NCBI GenBank assembly: GCA_964448115.1
Contig: CAYUVA010000022.1
Coordinates: 1 to 62,858 of the forward strand
Length of the DNA stretch: 62,858 nt
Direction: 5' to 3'
Source of the DNA: an uncultured bacterium
GTDB lineage: Bacteria; CAYUVA01
The stretch's first letter is position 1, and each line of letters opens with the position of its first letter. The position numbers and the translations under genes were made by a program. Below, piece by piece: positions 1 through 9,493 of this stretch. The notes under the pieces were generated by a model that saw nothing but the letters and a program-made list of their open reading frames with translations, did no database searches and was not told where the DNA came from.

Positions 1-2
1 TC

Positions 3-158
3 AGGCATTTCACCCCTGTCGAGAAGATCCGCGGTGCCATGGAAGCAGCGGGATATGTGCTGTCTGAGTCGTTCGGGTTCCTGCCGTCGCAGTCGTTCAT
101 GATCTTCCGCCGCTCCAACTCGGACGAGAAAGGAGCGAAAAATGAAGATGGAAAATAG
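3..158 (+). CDS. 3' end of a gene cut by the window edge, probably a class I SAM-dependent methyltransferase
   Basis: Frame starting at 3 reads RHFTPVEKIRGAMEAAGYVLSESFGFLPSQSFMIFRR...*. The 'MEAAGY.L....FLP.Q.F.IF' tail resembles small SAM methyltransferase C-termini. Confidence 0.5.
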   Translation, partial: RHFTPVEKIRGAMEAAGYVLSESFGFLPSQSFMIFRRSNSDEKGAKNEDGK

Positions 159-399
159 AAAGTTGATCGCATATTGCGGACTCTATTTGTATGAGGGCTT
201 GCCCGGAGAAAATAGTTTACTTAAAGGATTGAGTTACACATGTATCTTTTGGTTCTTCAGAGTTGTCATGCATGCGGCTACTACCAGGATGACCTTAAAC
301 GTGCCAGTACCTATGATACTCTATGGAGTTGGCACAGGTCATATTGAGATGCTTGTCTTGGGCATTCTCTATGGTTTGACACTGAAACCCATGATATAG
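142..399 (+). pseudogene. Short, apparently chimeric ORF: a DUF3795-like start (LIAYCGLY) joined to a membrane-protein fragment
   Basis: LIAYCGLY resembles the Cys-rich DUF3795 start, but the later Cys residues are absent. The remainder is hydrophobic. Confidence 0.35.
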
Positions 400-409
400 A
401 AACGACTTT

Positions 410-666
410 AGCAGTTCCCTGGCGAAAGTGAGAGCACTGACCATGCCTTATCGTACCTTCCCAAATTGACCAACAAACATATTATCTTTTATATTGGCTG
501 TGGATCTGGAGCACAAACACTCGATTTGGCAAGATTAACCGATGCTCAAATAATTGCCATAGACAATCATCAACCTATTATCAACCATCTTATTAAGCGT
601 TCCTTTTATCTTAAAACTAAATTCGGACTGACAAATTGGGCATATAAATTATCATGCGCAAAATGA
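410..666 (+). pseudogene. Truncated class I SAM methyltransferase fragment
   Basis: PGESESTDHALSYLPKL...IFYIGCGSGAQTLDLA...IIAIDNH covers the pre-motif, a degenerate motif I (D to Y) and motif II. The frame then ends with no C-terminal half. Confidence 0.6.
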
Positions 667-689
667 CTTTATCTTTCTAGGGAAGTGGT

Positions 690-2333
690 CTAATCCCCGA
701 AATAGAGCCTCCTGAAGTGCTCAGGTAGTTTATAGATGGTTATGGTCGGTCCTTTAATTTCCCTTGATGGCTTAAAAACAGCTATCTTTTCGGTCAAGCC
801 CTCCAACTGGCGATAAAAGCTGATGAAACGAGCATCTCCCATTTCCTCGTGTCTTAGTTGGATAAAGCTGCTGACTATCACATAATCATAGCCTTCCACG
901 AGTCTGCGATAGAGATTATACCGCTCTATGTCGTTCATCATCTTGGAGATGAAATAACAGGGTAACCCATCGATATTCAGACCATCTAATGCTTGCAGAC
1001 TTCGTCTTACTTCAGGAATGATCAATAACTTGTCAAGATCGCTACAATTTATCAGATCAGCCGTGTATGGGTGCATCAAAAGGCTGCTTTGAGGGGCAAT
1101 ATGTTCTTCTATCCACGCTTTTGCTTCGACCCTGGTATCGGGTTTGCTTAGTTTTCGCAGCTCATCTATTGTCTGAAGCAGAAAGGATAAGCTAAGTGCT
1201 GCAGGGATCAAACACAACAATGCCTTGAGATAATTGGATTTAGCTTTGCTGATCATATTCGATGAAGCCCCCCCTATCAGCATCAATAAAAATGGCAGTC
1301 CGAGCAACCACCAGTATCTCCAACGATTATCAACCATACAGTACGAGATGGTTAAAAACAAAGGAAACGACAAGACTATCAGGGTATTTCTGCTATCGGA
1401 TAATAAACCGAGACCTATGGATAACAACAGGATGATAAACCCTGGAATTCCTATAATCTCTGGCAAAATACGCAACCAGAACCACTGAAGAACACCATGA
1501 GGTGGTAAGCTCTCAACCCCTAGGTTCTCAGGCGATAGTTCATATTTTATTGAGTCCATAACCTCATCAAGGCTGAAGATAAAAAAGGGGCTGGATATAA
1601 TAAATGATGCAACCGTAATCAAGACAAAAATCACCAAGGCTTTAGGATATCCCCTGGTTCCAATATTGTGGCCATGTTCTTCGATTTTAGCAAAGAATAA
1701 AACAAGGGCGAAGGTAGGGATGATCAATCCAGTGGGATACTTTGCGCACAAGGCTTGACCCGCAAAAGCCGCCGAGATTATTAGATCTCGCTTTGATAAC
1801 GATTTTCTCCATCTAAGTGAAAAATAAAAACAACCCAAAGCCAAAGCAGCGGCGAATATATCAACCCTTATTTGCTTGGAGTAATAGACCAGCATCCAAA
1901 GATTCCCAGCTAGGGCGGCGCTGAGTATGCCGGCTGTCCCTCCATAAAGTATCCGAGCGCATAAATAGATTAGATAAACAACCGTTGTGCCGATAATGAT
2001 ACTGATCACTCGACCGGCAAGATAAAGCGGACTCCAATCGATGATCAGGCTGAGAAAAAGATGGGCGACCGACTCATAATAAAGAAATGACATACATGCA
2101 TAGATTCCAGCGAGCAGATAAAGATAATTGGTCGCCGGATAATTCCACCATTGAGGATTGAGATCGCCATAAAGCAGCATCTTAGCGGCTATTGTTGTAT
2201 AGATGCGCTCATCAACCTCGATGATAGCCGGCAAAGAAAGACCCATATTCCAAAGGCGAAGTGCAAGGGATAATAATACTATCAAGCCTAAAATGAAGGA
2301 TTGTAGCCTGCGATTCATGGAGTAAAATCCCAA
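690..2333 (-). CDS. GT-C fold membrane glycosyltransferase (GT39/ArnT/PMT-like)
   Basis: Polytopic protein. First loop has VDE..Y and 'GDLNPQWWNYP', followed by 'GRVIS', 'RVD', 'AKYP' and 'DTRVEAKAWIEEHI'. Confidence 0.8.
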   Translation of the reverse strand: MGFYSMNRRLQSFILGLIVLLSLALRLWNMGLSLPAIIEVDERIYTTIAAKMLLYGDLNPQWWNYPATNYLYLLAGIYACMSFLYYESVAHLFLSLIIDWSPLYLAGRVISIIIGTTVVYLIYLCARILYGGTAGILSAALAGNLWMLVYYSKQIRVDIFAAALALGCFYFSLRWRKSLSKRDLIISAAFAGQALCAKYPTGLIIPTFALVLFFAKIEEHGHNIGTRGYPKALVIFVLITVASFIISSPFFIFSLDEVMDSIKYELSPENLGVESLPPHGVLQWFWLRILPEIIGIPGFIILLLSIGLGLLSDSRNTLIVLSFPLFLTISYCMVDNRWRYWWLLGLPFLLMLIGGASSNMISKAKSNYLKALLCLIPAALSLSFLLQTIDELRKLSKPDTRVEAKAWIEEHIAPQSSLLMHPYTADLINCSDLDKLLIIPEVRRSLQALDGLNIDGLPCYFISKMMNDIERYNLYRRLVEGYDYVIVSSFIQLRHEEMGDARFISFYRQLEGLTEKIAVFKPSREIKGPTITIYKLPEHFRRLYFGD

Positions 2334-2948
2334 GATTGATTAAACTATTTTATATTATCAAAAGTTGAATTCGTATCCAAAAGCTATCTCGAAGTTCATC
2401 GCCTTAAACTCGCCATTGCATGGCGGAGAGGTTATGCTGTTGTGAATAGAGATCCTCGAACTTCCTTTGCCTGATGGACATCGAGTATATGTAGATCGCT
2501 CCGCCAGCGATATTTAGCTTCCGTGTAAGCTGGCAAGCGATAATCGGGGTAATATAAACGGTGCAAAAAGCACCATAAATTGCATGATACTGGGCTACAC
2601 CATCCTCTATGAGCCATGCGCCGGAAAGATTGGGCGCATATATGGATAATCCGAAGACAGTCTTGTTCCAACCGAAGTCATCTGAGTAGGCGATCGATGG
2701 CTTTGTGGTTCAAAACCCCTCAGCCATTTATCCCGACTTTATTTGGTTGCGGCTAGGTTGCCTTAGATATATTGACTTCATATTTTTGCCATCAGCACTT
2801 GTAGGGACAGAGCTGGGTATCTGCCATTAAAGAAGTGTTATTAACATAGAATGCTTTAAGAGTCGTCTTTTTATGTAGGAAATTCGATGCTATAATTATA
2901 AACTAGCTTCGATTGCAATGTTTTGTAAATACATAAAAGGAGGAGCAA

Positions 2949-4178
2949 TTGTTCGATATATTGCTTGATGAGAGTCAAAAACGCATCAAATATGAGGTCA
3001 GACGCTTCGTAAAGGAAAAGGTGGACGCACAACTCATCAAAGACATGGATGCAGGCGAAGTCCAATACCCAAGGGAGTATGTTCAAGCACTAGGCGAGGC
3101 GGGTTTGCTCGGCTTGAGATTCCCAGTAAAATACGGTGGCAAGGGCTGCGACTGGGTAACCGAGATGGCTGCCATCGAGGAGATCGGGGTCCTCGGTGGC
3201 TCCCTGGCTTGCCTATATTCCTTGCCTAGCATCGTCGGAGAATGCCTGGAGCGCTTCGGAAGTGAGAACCAGAAGGAGAAATACCTGAAGCCGACCATTG
3301 AGGGTAAGCTATTCACCGCCGAGGCTCTGACCGAGCCCCGGGGAGGCTCTGATTTCTTCGGCGCCACCACCACCGCTACTTTCAAGGATGGCTATTATTA
3401 CTTGAATGGTCAAAAGCGCTTCGTGGTCGGCTCCGAGGGCGCTGATTACTTCATGGTCTATGCAAAAACCAGCCAGGATAAGCCGGCGCACCAGTCTCTA
3501 TCCGTATTCATAGTTGAGCGTGATATGGGAGTAACCGTCAAGCATGTCTATGGTCTCATGGGCACGCGCGGTGGAGGCACTGGCAGGCTAATATTTACAG
3601 ATACGAAGGTTCCAGCAGAGAACCTGGTCGGTCAGGAAGGACAGGGAGCACAGATCTTCAATCGAATGATGCTTCCCGAGCGAATGACCAGTGCAGCAGG
3701 GGCTTTAGGCATGGCGCGCGCTGCCCTGGAGGTGGCTGCAAAATATAGCACAAAACGAAAAGCCTTCGGGCAGACTATAAAGAAGTTCCAGGCAGTCAGC
3801 TTCAAGGTCGCTGACTCAGTGGCAGCCCTGGATGCTGCCAGGAGCCTTGTATATACTGCTGCTCGATACATCGACCTCGATCTCGATGCCAGAAGGATGG
3901 TCTCCGAGGCAAAGAAGATCGCCACAGAGACCCTCTGGGCGGTGGTAAACAACGCCATGCAGGTCATGGGAGGCATCGGATATACCAATGTCTTCCCCGT
4001 GGAGCGTTTCCTGCGCGATGCCAGGCTCTCTTTGATCTGGACCGGAACCAATGAGATAATGGACCTGCTCATCCAGCATGAGTACTATAAGGAGCTTGCA
4101 GCCGAGAAGCCTGACAAGCGGGATGTGGAAAAAGATGCTATTGAGGCTGATGCCAAGGATGAAAAGGTTTATGAATAG
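2949..4178 (+). CDS. Acyl-CoA dehydrogenase
   Basis: [37 protein letters not shown] and IWTGTNEI motifs. TTG start preceded by AGGAGG. Confidence 0.93.
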   Translation: MFDILLDESQKRIKYEVRRFVKEKVDAQLIKDMDAGEVQYPREYVQALGEAGLLGLRFPVKYGGKGCDWVTEMAAIEEIGVLGGSLACLYSLPSIVGECLERFGSENQKEKYLKPTIEGKLFTAEALTEPRGGSDFFGATTTATFKDGYYYLNGQKRFVVGSEGADYFMVYAKTSQDKPAHQSLSVFIVERDMGVTVKHVYGLMGTRGGGTGRLIFTDTKVPAENLVGQEGQGAQIFNRMMLPERMTSAAGALGMARAALEVAAKYSTKRKAFGQTIKKFQAVSFKVADSVAALDAARSLVYTAARYIDLDLDARRMVSEAKKIATETLWAVVNNAMQVMGGIGYTNVFPVERFLRDARLSLIWTGTNEIMDLLIQHEYYKELAAEKPDKRDVEKDAIEADAKDEKVYE

Positions 4179-4212
4179 TCATGGTATTCATCAGGTTACT
4201 CGCCGGGGGGGT

Positions 4213-6000
4213 ATGATGGTTAAAAGATATCTATATTTATATATCATGGGGTGCGCCCTCGCCCTTGGAGTGGCGGCGTTTTTTTTCAATGGCTGCGATG
4301 ATAAGGATGGGGAATACTCCAAGAACATAAGCGATCCCCAACCCCCGTATTTCGTAAATGTAGCCAAGGAGGTCGGTTTAACTGGCATAGACGGCAAGCG
4401 AAACGGGTTCTATGATGTAAACGGCGATGGGTGGCTCGACCTTTTGCTGGGATGCAACTACCTTTACCTAAATGTAGAAGGCGAGGACGGGGAGCGTCGC
4501 TTCATAGACTACACGCAGGAGAGTGGGCTTATCCTGAAAAACCAGATGGGCTTCGAGCGTTTAGCCAAGCTGGCGCTGATGGCTGATGTTGACAATGACG
4601 GGGATCTTGACCTGTACTCAGGAATGTACTTGGATTTTCTTAACCCGGATAATCCGACACCGGATAGCGGTTTTAGAAGCGGCATCTTTCTAAATGACGG
4701 TCAGGGGCACTTTACGCTGCTTGAGAATTCAGGCGTGGAGAATAATCCGGGCACCGAGTGCGCCGCTACCTTCTTCGATTACGATAAGGATGGCTGTATC
4801 GACCTGGCTGTCGGATATTTCTACAAGATGTACGGCAGAAGCTATATGTGCTATCCAAATCGATTGTACAAGGGTAACTGCGACGGGACATTCAGCGATG
4901 TAACCGAACAGGTGGGCATGATGACCTCAGATCGGGTGGCGGATGAGCTGTCCTCGCGACCAACCTACGGCGCCACACACTGCGACTGGAACAACGACGG
5001 GTGGCAGGATCTTTTTTATTGTGTCTATGGGAGACAGAGGAACTATCACTGGAAGAACAACGGCGACGGGACCTTCACCGAGATAGGCTCCAAGACCCAC
5101 TTTGAGGGGGATGATGTCAGAAACGACCCGGATAACCCCTGGTACAGGCAGCATGGCAACACATTCTCTGCTGGAGTCTGCGACTTCGACAAGGACGGGG
5201 ACTTCGATATCATGCTCGGCGAGATAACCCACGAGTGGGCAGGTCCGGCGAGTGATCTATCTCAATTGTTGGTCAATATGGGACCCGAGAACGATTACAT
5301 CTTCAGCCGCGAGTTCAGAGGCATAGTAAAGGAGCATCCAAATCCGAACAACTGGAATAACGGGGATCTGCATGTTGGCTGGATCGATTATGACTACGAC
5401 ACCTTGCCCGACTGCCTGGTGGCTCGCGGTGATTATCCTGATGAACAATATCTAACCTTATACGAACAGGTGCTTGAGCCGGTTGGCTTTTGCGAGAGCA
5501 ACTGCTTTATTGATATAACGGCCGACGCCAACTTCAACTGGGAGGGATGCGGAGCCATATCGGTGGGGGATTATGACCGCGACTGCGTTCCTGATATCAT
5601 GGTTGGACGCAGCCTCATGCGCCTTCCCGCGGAGAAAAGGGAACTTTATGGCACTGATCCCGGCTTGTTCAAGAACCTGGCTGGCAAGCATCGATATGGC
5701 TTGACTATCAGGCTGCAAGGCAAGGGTAAGGGCTTCTCTAATGCGCTCGGCATCGGCGGAAGGATATATGTAACCACCCCTGATGGAACACAGATGGCAG
5801 AGATCCTAGGGGGTGCAGGGCACTGTGGGCAGATAAACGCACACGAGGCGTACTTCGGATTGGGGAGTTACAATAAAGCCGACCAGGTTCGCATCATCTG
5901 GCCGGACTCGGATAACACAGAGCAGGTCTTCAATAATGTGGTTGCTGATCGTATTTATATAGCGGTGGAAGGCGAGGATAAGCTTACCGTGTGGAGATAA
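4213..6000 (+). CDS. CRTAC1-like FG-GAP repeat protein with ASPIC/UnbV C-terminal domain, probable lipoprotein
   Basis: Repeated D-x-[DN]-x-DG-x-x-D motifs and C-terminal NALGIGGRI...AYFGLG...VRIIWPD. Hydrophobic leader ends FNGC. Start moved to ATG 4213 after a G-rich RBS. Confidence 0.85.
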   Translation: MMVKRYLYLYIMGCALALGVAAFFFNGCDDKDGEYSKNISDPQPPYFVNVAKEVGLTGIDGKRNGFYDVNGDGWLDLLLGCNYLYLNVEGEDGERRFIDYTQESGLILKNQMGFERLAKLALMADVDNDGDLDLYSGMYLDFLNPDNPTPDSGFRSGIFLNDGQGHFTLLENSGVENNPGTECAATFFDYDKDGCIDLAVGYFYKMYGRSYMCYPNRLYKGNCDGTFSDVTEQVGMMTSDRVADELSSRPTYGATHCDWNNDGWQDLFYCVYGRQRNYHWKNNGDGTFTEIGSKTHFEGDDVRNDPDNPWYRQHGNTFSAGVCDFDKDGDFDIMLGEITHEWAGPASDLSQLLVNMGPENDYIFSREFRGIVKEHPNPNNWNNGDLHVGWIDYDYDTLPDCLVARGDYPDEQYLTLYEQVLEPVGFCESNCFIDITADANFNWEGCGAISVGDYDRDCVPDIMVGRSLMRLPAEKRELYGTDPGLFKNLAGKHRYGLTIRLQGKGKGFSNALGIGGRIYVTTPDGTQMAEILGGAGHCGQINAHEAYFGLGSYNKADQVRIIWPDSDNTEQVFNNVVADRIYIAVEGEDKLTVWR

Positions 6001-6089
6001 ATTTATCCCTTATTTCAACAAAGTCAAAACCGGATTGCAAGTCCATTCTCTTTTCGCTATAAGAGCCAACGCGTTTTTTTAGTTGTTGC

Positions 6090-6132
6090 AAAAAAACACA
6101 ATAGTGCTGAGCCAGTAACTGACCCAGCACTA
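6090..6132 (-). terminator. Rho-independent terminator downstream of hup
   Basis: Minus strand reads TAGTGCTGGGTCAG-TTA-CTGGCTCAGCACTA (hairpin with G-U pairs) followed by TTGTGTTTTTTT. Confidence 0.75.
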
Positions 6133-6157
6133 CTTTAGGATACCTTGTTGGAAATAC

Positions 6158-6427
6158 TTATTTTACAGCTTCCTTGAGTGACTTACCCGGTGTGAATTTC
6201 GGAACCTTGGTTGCGGGTATCTTGATGGGTTTGCCGGTTGCGGGGTTGCGTCCTTCGCGAGCAGCTCTTTGCTTCACGCTGAAAGTGCCGAATCCGATGA
6301 TGGATACCTTCTCGCCCTTCTTCAGTTGATCAGTGATGTAATCAATGAGAGCATTAAAAGCATCCTCAGCCTGCTTGTTCTTGATCCCCGCTCCATCTGC
6401 CATCGCCTTTACGAGATCTTTCTTCAT
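6158..6427 (-). CDS. hup: HU family DNA-binding protein
   Basis: MKKDLV...IIGFGTFSVKQRAAREGRNPATGKPIKIPATKVPKFTPGKSLKEAVK, with RBS GGAGG. Confidence 0.97.
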   Translation of the reverse strand: MKKDLVKAMADGAGIKNKQAEDAFNALIDYITDQLKKGEKVSIIGFGTFSVKQRAAREGRNPATGKPIKIPATKVPKFTPGKSLKEAVK

Positions 6428-6455
6428 AAGACTTGCCTCCTCTACAAAAAAGTTA

Positions 6456-6471
6456 TTGACCTAATGGTCAA
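6456..6471. promoter_or_regulatory. Perfect palindrome TTGACC-TAAT-GGTCAA, candidate operator at the hup transcription start
   Basis: 6-bp perfect arms starting 5 nt downstream of the -10 box. Confidence 0.5.
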
Positions 6472-6475
6472 CACA

Positions 6476-6503
6476 ATTATAAGTGTCCGATAGGCACTGT
6501 CAA
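6476..6503 (-). promoter_or_regulatory. Sigma70-type promoter of hup
   Basis: Exact TTGACA (6503-6498), 16-nt spacer and exact TATAAT (6481-6476) on the minus strand, about 50 nt upstream of the ATG. Confidence 0.8.
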
Positions 6504-6685
6504 GGTTTTTTTTCATTGATCCATTCTTTTTCTTAAGTGATCTTAGTAAAAAAATGAACTTAATCTTTAATTAAATAGTGGTTCATGCAAAACTTGTCCT
6601 TTAATATCAAATAATTAGCCAAACAACGGTATTCAATAAGCACTTTGCTGCGGCTTTAATTTCAATAAATTAGATATCTGAAAAT

Positions 6686-7072
6686 TTACCATGCCCTGAG
6701 AGATCTCCCTACCTTCAAGGCGGATCGCTGGATCCATATCATCGTTTGATAGTTACGGTTCCTCAGCGATGATCCAAGAGCTGATTGTCTATTGGCTAAA
6801 TCTTGTGCAACGCTTGGTATATCATCTTGTGCTATCAGGTAGATATCACCGCTGCCTGTCTGAAGGAACACTATATCCTTGGTATCATAACGAAGTCTGC
6901 AATCTATATTTCTCTTTGCGATCCTGGTCAGTCCAAGCGCCCGGTCGTAGCGATATACTCCAGTGGCTCCGGGAGAAACATGAACCACTGGATACATCAA
7001 TCCTGATATCAGGTACATGATCATCATGCCTAATAAAAATGCTATGCTATGGGTAATGATCCTTCTGACCAT
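6686..7072 (-). CDS. Hypothetical protein with an N-terminal TM anchor
   Basis: 128-aa ORF with RBS AGGAGGTAGAGG and one hydrophobic N-terminal helix. Confidence 0.6.
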   Translation of the reverse strand: MVRRIITHSIAFLLGMMIMYLISGLMYPVVHVSPGATGVYRYDRALGLTRIAKRNIDCRLRYDTKDIVFLQTGSGDIYLIAQDDIPSVAQDLANRQSALGSSLRNRNYQTMIWIQRSALKVGRSLRAW

Positions 7073-7094
7073 AATTCCTCTACCTCCTATTCAC

Positions 7095-8030
7095 TTATTT
7101 TGTATTGAAGAATTCCCAGGTAATGAGCAATCCCTGTTTCAGCTCAATTACCGGTGAGTAGCCGAGTAAATTTCGTGCTTTGGCTATATCAGCCTGGGAG
7201 TGCATTACATCCCCGCGCCTGGGGGGTAAATGATTTATCGGCACCTTATTACCAGCGATCTCCATCAGCATCTCTGCCAGATGCTTTACTGTATAGCGTT
7301 TTCCGCAGCCTATATTTAGCACCTCTCCATCGATCCCCTCTGCCTTCAAAGCAAGCAGGTTTGCTAATACTACATTATCGACAAAGGTAAAGTCCCTGCT
7401 CTGGGAACCATCTCCATAGATGGTCAATGGCTCATTTCTCATGATATTGTTTATGAACAAAGGGATCACCGCGCTGTATGGAGAATCGGGATCTTGATAG
7501 GGACCAAATATGTTGAAATAACGAAGGCAGCAGGAAACAATGGAGCTCTTTGCTGATATGATTCTAGTATAACTCTCTGCCGCCAGCTTGGAGACCGCAT
7601 AAGGACTCATCGGAGCCGGTGGCATGGTTTCGACTTTCGGCAGCAGATCAGTATCTCCATAAATGGAGGAAGATGAAGCCATGATAAACCGCTCGACATC
7701 CGCTTTGATAGCGCTGGTCAATAAGCATAAGGTGCCGGTTACATTTGCCCTGTTGACCAGAAGTGGCTCAAAAAAGCTCCTCGGCGCCGATGGTATTGCA
7801 GCCTGATGAAGGACATACCTGACACCTTTTACCGCCCGCTCAGCGATCGTTTGATCAGCGACATTGCCACGGATAAGCTCGATATCATTGTAAATGCCAT
7901 CGAGGTTGTCCAGCCTACCGGTTGAAAGATCATCAACCAAGCGCACCCGATATCCTTTAATCAGCAGACTCCTTGCCAGGTTTGAGCCGATGAACCCGCA
8001 GCCACCGCTAACTAAAACAAGATCATCCAT
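7095..8030 (-). CDS. NAD-dependent nucleotide-sugar 4-epimerase/dehydratase (extended SDR, WbpP/TviC-like)
   Basis: GGCGFIG, ASSSSIYG, YAVSK, LRYFNIFGPYQDPDSPYSAVIP and GDGSQSRDF motifs. Confidence 0.92.
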   Translation of the reverse strand: MDDLVLVSGGCGFIGSNLARSLLIKGYRVRLVDDLSTGRLDNLDGIYNDIELIRGNVADQTIAERAVKGVRYVLHQAAIPSAPRSFFEPLLVNRANVTGTLCLLTSAIKADVERFIMASSSSIYGDTDLLPKVETMPPAPMSPYAVSKLAAESYTRIISAKSSIVSCCLRYFNIFGPYQDPDSPYSAVIPLFINNIMRNEPLTIYGDGSQSRDFTFVDNVVLANLLALKAEGIDGEVLNIGCGKRYTVKHLAEMLMEIAGNKVPINHLPPRRGDVMHSQADIAKARNLLGYSPVIELKQGLLITWEFFNTK

Positions 8031-8032
8031 AA

Positions 8033-8698
8033 TTAGCCTTCAAGTATATAGTCAACCAGCAAAAATGATAAGCCCGAAAATACCAGATCGAATCCAGCAA
8101 GTGCCTCAAGCCAGGCTATTGCATCGGTGCTATATCCATGAAGCACCGCCTGCCAGGCTTGAACCGAGGCGATCAAGGCTGGAATAGTGATCGGAAAAAG
8201 CAGAATAGGCAAAAGGCTATCCTTAAGTTGCGATGATGCAGAGACGGTAGAAAACAAGGTGCCAATTACAACGAAGGCAATTGTGCCCAGAAGCATTATT
8301 GGTAAGAACCACAGGTAGATAATCTTAAGCTCCATACGATATAAGATAACCGCCAATGGGAGACAGAGGATCTCGAATATCCCCATCAAAATACCATTGA
8401 TAATAACCTTCGATAATAGGACTTCCCTGGCACTCAAGGGGCTTAATAGAAGGGCATCCAAGCAATCAGAGGATAACTCCACAGAGAAAGTTCTCGCCAT
8501 GGCAAGCACCCCTGCAAATGAAAATGCTATCCAAAGGATGCCCGAGGAGATATCCAGTGGATTCACCTCGGCAGGATCGATTGCAAAACTGAACAGGATC
8601 AGCACCAAAAGCGCAAATACAGCGGCGGCGTAGAAGAACTCACGACTGCGGGCATATAGCTTTAAGTCCTTGATGACCAAAGCGTAAATGCGACTCAA
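8033..8698 (-). CDS. ccmB: Heme exporter protein CcmB
   Basis: KDLKL..R, GILWIAF.FAG, LDALLLSP and LLPILLFPITIP motifs. About 6 TM, overlapping ccmA. Confidence 0.85.
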   Translation of the reverse strand: MSRIYALVIKDLKLYARSREFFYAAAVFALLVLILFSFAIDPAEVNPLDISSGILWIAFSFAGVLAMARTFSVELSSDCLDALLLSPLSAREVLLSKVIINGILMGIFEILCLPLAVILYRMELKIIYLWFLPIMLLGTIAFVVIGTLFSTVSASSQLKDSLLPILLFPITIPALIASVQAWQAVLHGYSTDAIAWLEALAGFDLVFSGLSFLLVDYILEG

Positions 8699-9390
8699 TA
8701 CCCACCTCCAGTCAATTCGATGTAGCGCTTTTCAAACTCCTCGTCATTATCGTCTTCTGTTGTCTCATCCTGGATTATCTTGCCATTATTCAGCACCAGG
8801 ACTCTATTGGCAAAAGCATATCCAAGCCTCGGTTGGTGGGTAGTGAAGATGATGGTTCGCTGTGGCTTTGCATTTAAAATATACTGGGATACTAGTTGCA
8901 GGCTCATCGCATCCAGGTTGGCAAATGGCTCATCGAGCAGCAGGTACTCAGGATCATTGATCAGGCTCCGGGCGAGCGCCAGCCGCCTTTTCGTACCTTG
9001 AGAAAGATACTTAACCGGCTCCTTGGCAAACCATGATAAACTGAAGTCCTCAAAAAGCTGTCCTATTACCTGTCTCGGCTTTGATATGCCATAAAGTCGG
9101 GCATAAAAAAGCAGGTTCTCATACGGGGTAAGCTCCTGGTAGCATAGAGTCTCATGGCTGCAATAACCGATTCTAGCTCTAGCCTGGCTGGCAGTAAGAT
9201 TATCTTTACCATAGGTTACACTTCCACAGTCAGGTGAAATAAGCCCTGCCAGTATGCGAAGCAATGTACTCTTGCCGGTGGCATTGGGTCCCAGCAAGGC
9301 AATCCTCTGTTTGGCTTCAACAAACAGGCTTATATCCTCAAGTACCCGATTGACCCCAAAGCGCTTGCTTATGCCCTCCAGTCGAATCAT
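8695..9390 (-). CDS. ccmA: Heme exporter ATP-binding subunit CcmA-like ABC ATPase
   Basis: Walker A GPNATGKST, signature LSQGTKRR, Walker B LLLDEPF and an H-loop. Directly upstream of ccmB. Confidence 0.8.
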   Translation of the reverse strand: MIRLEGISKRFGVNRVLEDISLFVEAKQRIALLGPNATGKSTLLRILAGLISPDCGSVTYGKDNLTASQARARIGYCSHETLCYQELTPYENLLFYARLYGISKPRQVIGQLFEDFSLSWFAKEPVKYLSQGTKRRLALARSLINDPEYLLLDEPFANLDAMSLQLVSQYILNAKPQRTIIFTTHQPRLGYAFANRVLVLNNGKIIQDETTEDDNDEEFEKRYIELTGGGY

Positions 9391-9493
9391 GCATCATCCT
9401 TTCCGTTCTTTTCATTTAGCTGTTTAATTATTGGAAATCCAAGATAAAAAACGACCGCCATCACGATCGCAAATATAACAATCTTCTCCAGCA

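Noticed and set aside
2385..2465. GGCGATG on the minus strand plus hairpins, suggesting a fluoride riboswitch
   Set aside because: The required complementary CGCC and the downstream GCTRATGAC pseudoknot segment are absent.
2432..2671. 79-aa ORF in the 2334-2948 intergenic region
   Set aside because: It has a TTG start, no RBS and no recognisable motif. It may be decayed sequence but I cannot support a call.
2698..2726. GGTTCAAAACCCCTCAGCCA resembling a tRNA T-arm and CCA end
   Set aside because: The T-stem does not pair properly and no D or anticodon arms are discernible.
2740..2766. TTTGGTTGCGGCTAGGTTGCCTTAG, reminiscent of a dispersed bacterial palindromic repeat
   Set aside because: Single degenerate copy in the window, which cannot be verified without a genome-wide search.
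4078..4212. ORF-track N-terminal extensions (also at 33382, 22902, 10888 and 17839)
   Set aside because: They overlap neighbouring genes or lack an RBS. Downstream ATGs with better context were used instead.
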